DNA of 64,000 nucleotides from Synechococcus sp. (GTDB lineage Bacteria; Cyanobacteriota; Cyanobacteriia; PCC-6307; Cyanobiaceae): NCBI GenBank assembly GCA_047285535.1, contig JBJBDC010000001.1, positions 2,912,136 to 2,976,135 of the forward strand, read 5' to 3'. Shown piece by piece: positions 58,988 to 64,000 of this stretch (position 1 is its first letter; each line of letters starts with the position of its first letter). The notes under the pieces were generated by a model. It saw only the letters and a program-made list of their open reading frames with translations, ran no database searches and was not told where the DNA came from. The position numbers and the translations under genes were made by a program.

Positions 58988-59806
58988 ATGGCCCGTTGGG
59001 GACTTGTGATTGTGGGGATTTACATCGCAGTCGCCTTGCTAACGCCTGCTTTGATCAGTGTTGGTTTTCTTCCGGATCCGAATGCGGGTCTGGACAATGC
59101 GATCTATGCCCCGCCGTCTCCTCAGCATTGGTGTGGCACTGACCGACTGGGCCGCGATGTTTGTGTGCGCACACTTCAAGGAAGTGGTGTTGCTTTGCAG
59201 GTGGTGTTGCTGGCCGTCGTTTTTGCTTTGGTGGTGGGCGTCCCTATTGGCATGATCAGTGGCTACTTGGGTGGTGGAGTTGACCGGGTTTTTGTGCTGC
59301 TGATGGACACCCTTTACACCTTGCCGGTGCTGTTGCTGGCTGTGGTGTTGGCGTTTCTAATCGGCAGAGGCATTCCGAATGCAGCGGCAGCGTTGTGTGT
59401 TGTCTACATCCCTCAATATTTCCGGGTGGTTCGCAATCAAACGGCCCAGGTGAAATCTGAGCTCTTTGTCGAAGCCGCACGAACCCTGGGAGCAGGTCCG
59501 ATCTGGATTCTGCGCCGATATTTGCTGCGAAATGTGATTACTTCAGTCCCCGTGTTGCTCACGCTCAACGCTGCTGATGCTGTTTTGGTGCTGGGAGGTT
59601 TGGGGTTTCTCGGCTTAGGACTGCCCGAAACGGTGCCTGAGTGGGGGAGTGATCTGAATTTGGCGCTTGCTGCTGTGCCCACAGGGATCTGGTGGACGGC
59701 TTTGTATCCAGGTCTGGCGATGTTTGTGCTTGTGTTGGGCTTGTCCTTCCTTGGAGAGGGGCTTGAGGCTTGGGTGAGCAGTACAGGTCGCGACGCGGCA
59801 AACTGA
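58988..59806 (+). CDS. dppC: Peptide/nickel ABC transporter permease (DppC/OppC)
   Basis: HWCGTDRLGRD, EAARTLGA, LGFLGLG, PEWG. Confidence 0.9.
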   Translation: MARWGLVIVGIYIAVALLTPALISVGFLPDPNAGLDNAIYAPPSPQHWCGTDRLGRDVCVRTLQGSGVALQVVLLAVVFALVVGVPIGMISGYLGGGVDRVFVLLMDTLYTLPVLLLAVVLAFLIGRGIPNAAAALCVVYIPQYFRVVRNQTAQVKSELFVEAARTLGAGPIWILRRYLLRNVITSVPVLLTLNAADAVLVLGGLGFLGLGLPETVPEWGSDLNLALAAVPTGIWWTALYPGLAMFVLVLGLSFLGEGLEAWVSSTGRDAAN

Positions 59807-59816
59807 ACACAGATGT

Positions 59817-60086
59817 TTGCGCACCATGCCTGTTTGGGCCACGATTTCTTTGCTTGGCCTGATGACCTATCTATGGGTGTCTGGGCGGTCCAACCCTGAT
59901 GATGTCATCGGTCTGTTAGAGCAGATCTTGGCGATCACCCTTGGACTTGTGGTTCTTTTTATCGGTCGCAGTTTATTGCTGGAAGCGCTGGTGTTGGTGT
60001 TTGCTCTGCGGTTACCGGCTGCTCGTCGCAACCATCCCGTGGCGGCTCGTTCCAGGGCTGGAAAAGATATGTTGATTCCATTCTGA
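59817..60086 (+). CDS. Small membrane hypothetical protein
   Basis: Hydrophobic ORF containing NPDDVIGLL. Confidence 0.65.
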   Translation: MRTMPVWATISLLGLMTYLWVSGRSNPDDVIGLLEQILAITLGLVVLFIGRSLLLEALVLVFALRLPAARRNHPVAARSRAGKDMLIPF

Positions 60087-60111
60087 TCCAAAGCCTGAAC
60101 GCACTTTTTGG

Positions 60112-60801
60112 TCAGTACCGCAGTTTGGTGGTGCGGGGTAGGTCTTCTTGGATGACTCCCTCATCGTTGAGTGGTGGATAGGGTCTGTTCTGGTCGCGAC
60201 ACCAAGACGCCACCTCCGGATAAGCCCATTCGAACAAAATGTTTTGGTAATCCTCTGCTGGGATGCCTTCCCCTGAAGATGGAGCAAGTCCAGCTGCTTC
60301 ACGCTGGCGCAGTGCTTCAAATAAAAGGGTGGCGGTAGCCACAGAAACGTTGAGTGACTGCACCATTCCACGCATTGGAATAAAGAGATCTGTGTCCATC
60401 AACATGGTGGCCTCTTCCGTTAATCCCCATTTCTCTGCTCCCAGCACAAAGGCGCTGGGACCCGTGAAGTCACAGTCTCGGTAATCGATCGCATTGACGC
60501 TCAGATTGGTGCCATAGAGGTGAAAGCCCCTTGCTTTCAGCATTTGGACGGCTGAATGGATGCTGTGGTGGTCGCGCAAGGGCACCCATCGTTGACTCCC
60601 TTGTGCCGTACTGTTGTAGGTGCGCGAACGACCACTGAGGCTGACGGCATGGGCCTCGAGGACGCCAACGGCATCGCAGCTGCGCAGGATGGCGGAAAGG
60701 TTGTGGGGTTTGTCCACATGCTCGATCAGAACGGTGAGGTCGGACATGCGTTCGTTCAGTACCGCACGCAACCGCTCAAAACGGCGGGGAAGCAGGGGCA
60801 T
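60112..60801 (-). CDS. trmH: tRNA (guanosine-18-2'-O)-methyltransferase
   Basis: KPHNLSAILRSCDA, GAEKWG, IPMRGMVQSLNVSVA SPOUT motifs. Confidence 0.94.
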   Translation of the reverse strand: MPLLPRRFERLRAVLNERMSDLTVLIEHVDKPHNLSAILRSCDAVGVLEAHAVSLSGRSRTYNSTAQGSQRWVPLRDHHSIHSAVQMLKARGFHLYGTNLSVNAIDYRDCDFTGPSAFVLGAEKWGLTEEATMLMDTDLFIPMRGMVQSLNVSVATATLLFEALRQREAAGLAPSSGEGIPAEDYQNILFEWAYPEVASWCRDQNRPYPPLNDEGVIQEDLPRTTKLRY

Positions 60802-60931
60802 GAAACCTTCGCTCTCTGGCTTTGAGGGTATGAGATGCCGATCCCAGTCACATTCGGACGCATCGTGACCCTGGCTCGGTCATTGATTCCTGGCTGTCAT
60901 CCAGAACGATGGATGAGTTGCTACCACTTCC

Positions 60932-61255
60932 ATGACACGCGCTTCCTTCGCGGTTGCTCTAGTCCTGCTGTCTGCGCTACCAGCTTCTGCAAGGCCCTAC
61001 AACGTCTACAACGATCATTCTGAGTATGTGAATCAGCGTTATGGGGGTTCCTCCCGCGATCAATTGGTTAGAGCTAATCGAAATATCTACGCTAACAATC
61101 AAGACACCAACAGTTGCATCGAAGGCAGTGTGATCGGAGGGTTACTGGGTGCTGGGCTTGGCGCTGTTTTGTCTCGGGGAAATGGACGTTGGGTGGGTAT
61201 TCCCGTGGGTGGTGCCGCCGGAGCTCTGCTCGGCTGCCAAGTCGATGGGGGTTGA
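60932..61255 (+). CDS. Secreted glycine-zipper protein
   Basis: Signal peptide (..PASA) and GSVIGGLLGAGLG...GGAAGALLG. Confidence 0.8.
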   Translation: MTRASFAVALVLLSALPASARPYNVYNDHSEYVNQRYGGSSRDQLVRANRNIYANNQDTNSCIEGSVIGGLLGAGLGAVLSRGNGRWVGIPVGGAAGALLGCQVDGG

Positions 61256-61267
61256 TGCATTCAACTC

Positions 61268-61471
61268 TTAGCGTTCTCCTGTAAAGCCGAAATTGGCCTC
61301 CAAGATGGCTGCTTGCAAAAGAGTTTGCATATTTTGCAAATGCTCTTGGTCATGGGGGTCTCCTCCTGGCCAGCGTTCAAGTCGGTAGGAGACTGCATCG
61401 CACAGAAGTCTCAGATCTGCTGGATTTAAGGAAAGATCAATACGTACATCGTCATTATCTTGTGTTGTCAT
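61268..61471 (-). CDS. Small hypothetical protein
   Basis: ERWPGGDPHDQE..LQ; compact protein-like ORF. Confidence 0.65.
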   Translation of the reverse strand: MTTQDNDDVRIDLSLNPADLRLLCDAVSYRLERWPGGDPHDQEHLQNMQTLLQAAILEANFGFTGER

Positions 61472-61646
61472 AAGCCTGGAAAGAACGTCTGATGTGTGAG
61501 GACAGAGTCGATCGCAACAATGAGTTTCCTGTTGATCAAGGCAATTGCGAGGTGATAGGTCCGGGCCTAAGACACGCTGGCTGATTCTGGGGGTGCATCA
61601 CGCTGGGTCGCAAGGAGCACTCAGTTGATGGAGATTAAGAGCATCT

Positions 61647-62018
61647 GTGCATCCAAGCAGCGAGATGAGATTTGATGAGCGCGTTTGGCAAGCGGTCAGC
61701 TTGATACCGCCTCGTCATGTGGCCACCTATGGCCAGGTGGCCGACTGGATCGACGCTTGGGGGGCTGCTCGTCAGGTGGGATGGGCTCTGCGCCGGCTGA
61801 CCTTGCCTTCGAAAGTGCCCTGGCACCGCGTGGTGAATGCGCAGGGGCGTATCTCTATGTGTCTCAGTCGAGAAGGCTCTGATTGGATGCAGAGGGAGCT
61901 TTTGATTGCAGAAGGAATCCCTGTGGATGAGGAAGGCAGGCTCCCTCTGAAGGAATTTCTCTGGACACCAGACTTAGAAGTTCTGGCTCTGGAATTCAAG
62001 AAAAAGACTGATCCTTGA
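61647..62018 (+). CDS. Alkyltransferase-like protein (ATL/YbaZ; MGMT family lacking the catalytic Cys)
   Basis: TYGQVA, ARQVG, PWHRVV (Trp in place of the Cys of PCHR). Confidence 0.88.
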   Translation: MHPSSEMRFDERVWQAVSLIPPRHVATYGQVADWIDAWGAARQVGWALRRLTLPSKVPWHRVVNAQGRISMCLSREGSDWMQRELLIAEGIPVDEEGRLPLKEFLWTPDLEVLALEFKKKTDP

Positions 62019-62343
62019 AGTGCTAGCCATGAGTCTCAGCAGTTGATGATTCGTAGGCTTTTGCAGATTTGACCACGTTCTGTTGCCAATCGTTACCTTG
62101 CTGGCCTGTTTTATGTCGTGAGGCCGTCTTCATCGTCCTTTCTTCTTGTTCAGATTGTTGGCTTGCGAACCTTGTTTGATGACAATGTCAACCATTGACA
62201 GTGACGAACCACAAGTAACAACACCATGCACAGATTTGTGGGATGTTGATCCGTGGAGGCCATCCCTACAAGGCCTGTGATCCGTTCATAGTGATGCGAA
62301 GAGAGACGTATCGCTATGGCCAAAATGGCTGTCAAACCGGTCC

Positions 62344-63678
62344 ATGCCTAAGGAGGCTGCCAAGAGTGGATTGCCTGCTCGGCGTTTGGCCTGGGGGGTG
62401 TTGGAGGCTGTTGCTGCTGGTGCTTATGCCGATGTGGCCTTAGAGCGGGCCCTGCGCCAGCATCGGTTGTCTCCAGCAGATCGTGGTTTGACCACAGAGC
62501 TGGCCTATGGATGTATTCGATGGCGTCAATGGTTGGATGGCTGGCTGAATCGTCTCGGTAAAATTCCAGCTCACCAACAGCCTCCACGGTTGCGTTGGCT
62601 GTTGCATCTGGGCCTTTACCAGTTGCTGCGAATGCAGCGCATCCCTGCTGCAGCGGCAGTGGACACCACAGTGGAGCTTGCCAAGCGTCACGGCTTCTCT
62701 CGGTTATCAGCGGTTGTGAATGGTGTGCTTCGGTCGGCGCTTCGCGCTAAGGATGCGGGCGAGACGTTGCCATGCCCTGAACAACCTGCAGAACGAATGG
62801 CGTTATGTCATTCGCTTCCCGTTTGGTTGACTGAAAACCTCTTGGAGTGGTTTGAACCGGATCAGGCTGAACGTGTTGCTATCGCATGCAATCAAGTTCC
62901 TCCATTGGATCTACGCGTCAATCGCTTGCGCAGAACGCCTGATGCGGTGGCGGCTGCATTGGCAGAAGCTGGGGTGCCCACCCAGCCGATTGATGGATCC
63001 CCAGATGGCTTGCAGGTGCTTGCACCTGCAGGGGATCTACGGCTTTGGCCGGGCTTTGAACAGGGGCATTGGAGCGTGCAGGATCGATCTGCTCAGTGGG
63101 TGGCTCCGCTGTTGGCTCCTCAGCCTGGTGATCGGATTCTTGATGCTTGCGCTGCTCCTGGTGGAAAGGCGACCCATCTTGCGGAACTGATTGGGGATGT
63201 TGGTGAGATCTGGGCGGTGGATCGTTCGGCTGGCCGTTTGAAAAGAGTGGCGATGAATGCATCACGTTTGGGCTGTGGCTGCATCAAAGCGATGGCCGCT
63301 AATGCGGCCGATTTGCTTGAGCGACAGCCCGACTGGCTTGGATCCTTTCAGCGCATCTTGCTTGATGTTCCTTGCTCCGGACTGGGGACCCTGTCCCGTC
63401 ATCCAGATGCGCGTTGGCGCGTGACGGCAGAGACTGTGGAGGAGCTTCTACCCCTGCAAGCGCGCTTGTTAGACGCAATGTTGCCATTGCTGGCACCTGG
63501 TGGGCGATTGGTTTACGCAACCTGCACGATTCATCCAGCAGAGAATTGTGCCCAAGTCCAAAGGTTTCTTCACGACCACATGGACTTTCATTTGCTATCC
63601 GAGCAGCAGAGCTGGCCTGATCCTGAAGGCGGCGATGGTTTTTATGCTGCGGTCATCACTGCACCGGCAAAGGCCTGA
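62344..63678 (+). CDS. rsmB: 16S rRNA m5C967 methyltransferase
   Basis: NusB-like N-terminus; DACAAPGGK, DVPCSGLG, YATCT, DGF. Confidence 0.95.
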   Translation: MPKEAAKSGLPARRLAWGVLEAVAAGAYADVALERALRQHRLSPADRGLTTELAYGCIRWRQWLDGWLNRLGKIPAHQQPPRLRWLLHLGLYQLLRMQRIPAAAAVDTTVELAKRHGFSRLSAVVNGVLRSALRAKDAGETLPCPEQPAERMALCHSLPVWLTENLLEWFEPDQAERVAIACNQVPPLDLRVNRLRRTPDAVAAALAEAGVPTQPIDGSPDGLQVLAPAGDLRLWPGFEQGHWSVQDRSAQWVAPLLAPQPGDRILDACAAPGGKATHLAELIGDVGEIWAVDRSAGRLKRVAMNASRLGCGCIKAMAANAADLLERQPDWLGSFQRILLDVPCSGLGTLSRHPDARWRVTAETVEELLPLQARLLDAMLPLLAPGGRLVYATCTIHPAENCAQVQRFLHDHMDFHLLSEQQSWPDPEGGDGFYAAVITAPAKA

Positions 63679-64000
63679 AGAACTCATCCACTGGTGGTCC
63701 GCCAGCAGGACTCACATATCGGGGAGTTGGGGCAGGTGCAGGTGCTGATGAGTCTCCCAAGGAATTGGGGTCCGCATCCAATAGATCACGATCCGGAGGT
63801 GGACCATCTCCAGGGATGGGGTTATTCGGGCTGCTTGGTTTCGCTGACCCAGGTCGTCGTACTAACGGCCGTGTGAGCTTGGGCTTGGGTGGAAATTTCT
63901 GAACAGGAAACTCGCCCTTGATCTGATTCATGAACTGCTTCCAAGCCCATGCAGACTCGCCACTGTTGCTTTTCGTCTCTGCATTGTTGTCATGCCCAAA
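63656..64000 (-). CDS. C-terminal end of a class A penicillin-binding protein (5' part outside the window)
   Basis: Frame open to the window edge: FGHDNN...AWAWKQFM followed by a Pro-rich tail. Confidence 0.65.
   Translation of the reverse strand, partial: FGHDNNAETKSNSGESAWAWKQFMNQIKGEFPVQKFPPKPKLTRPLVRRPGSAKPSSPNNPIPGDGPPPDRDLLDADPNSLGDSSAPAPAPTPRYVSPAGGPPVDEFFRPLPVQ

Noticed and set aside
61647..62018. MGMT homologue lacking the catalytic Cys, possible pseudogene
   Set aside because: PWHRV is the normal signature of the known ATL family.

Overview
This window comes from a marine Synechococcus-like picocyanobacterial chromosome, judged from gene content and order. A conserved backbone runs proC, GT4, MFS, recO, deoC, hpf, lipB, aas, ylqD, pdhC, queA, cysK, two Cys/Met PLP enzymes, rpsD, yidD, murE, cystine lyase, nfu, mqo, lepA, then dppC, trmH, atl, rsmB and a class A PBP. 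Five accessory blocks interrupt it. (1) A KimA-like K+ transporter sits between pdhC and queA. (2) An AT-rich sensory cassette (PhnD-like lipoprotein, hybrid kinase with Hpt, lone receiver) is bracketed by an intact and a decayed copy of the same two small genes. (3) A three-gene module encodes a Ca2+/H+ antiporter, an orphan LIV-type binding protein and a pentameric ligand-gated ion channel. (4) A ~10 kb low-coding-density island after lepA holds a 420-aa orphan with possible ADP-ribosyltransferase-like motifs, a metallothionein, a BspA-type LRR protein, a high-GC esterase and sbtA without sbtB. (5) A type IV pilin locus has a major pilin and two mirror-image, paralogous minor-pilin sets arranged around one OmpR regulator and two histidine kinases. 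I recognised no rRNA, tRNA, CRISPR array, integrase or transposase. All calls come from reading motifs by eye; no database searches were run.
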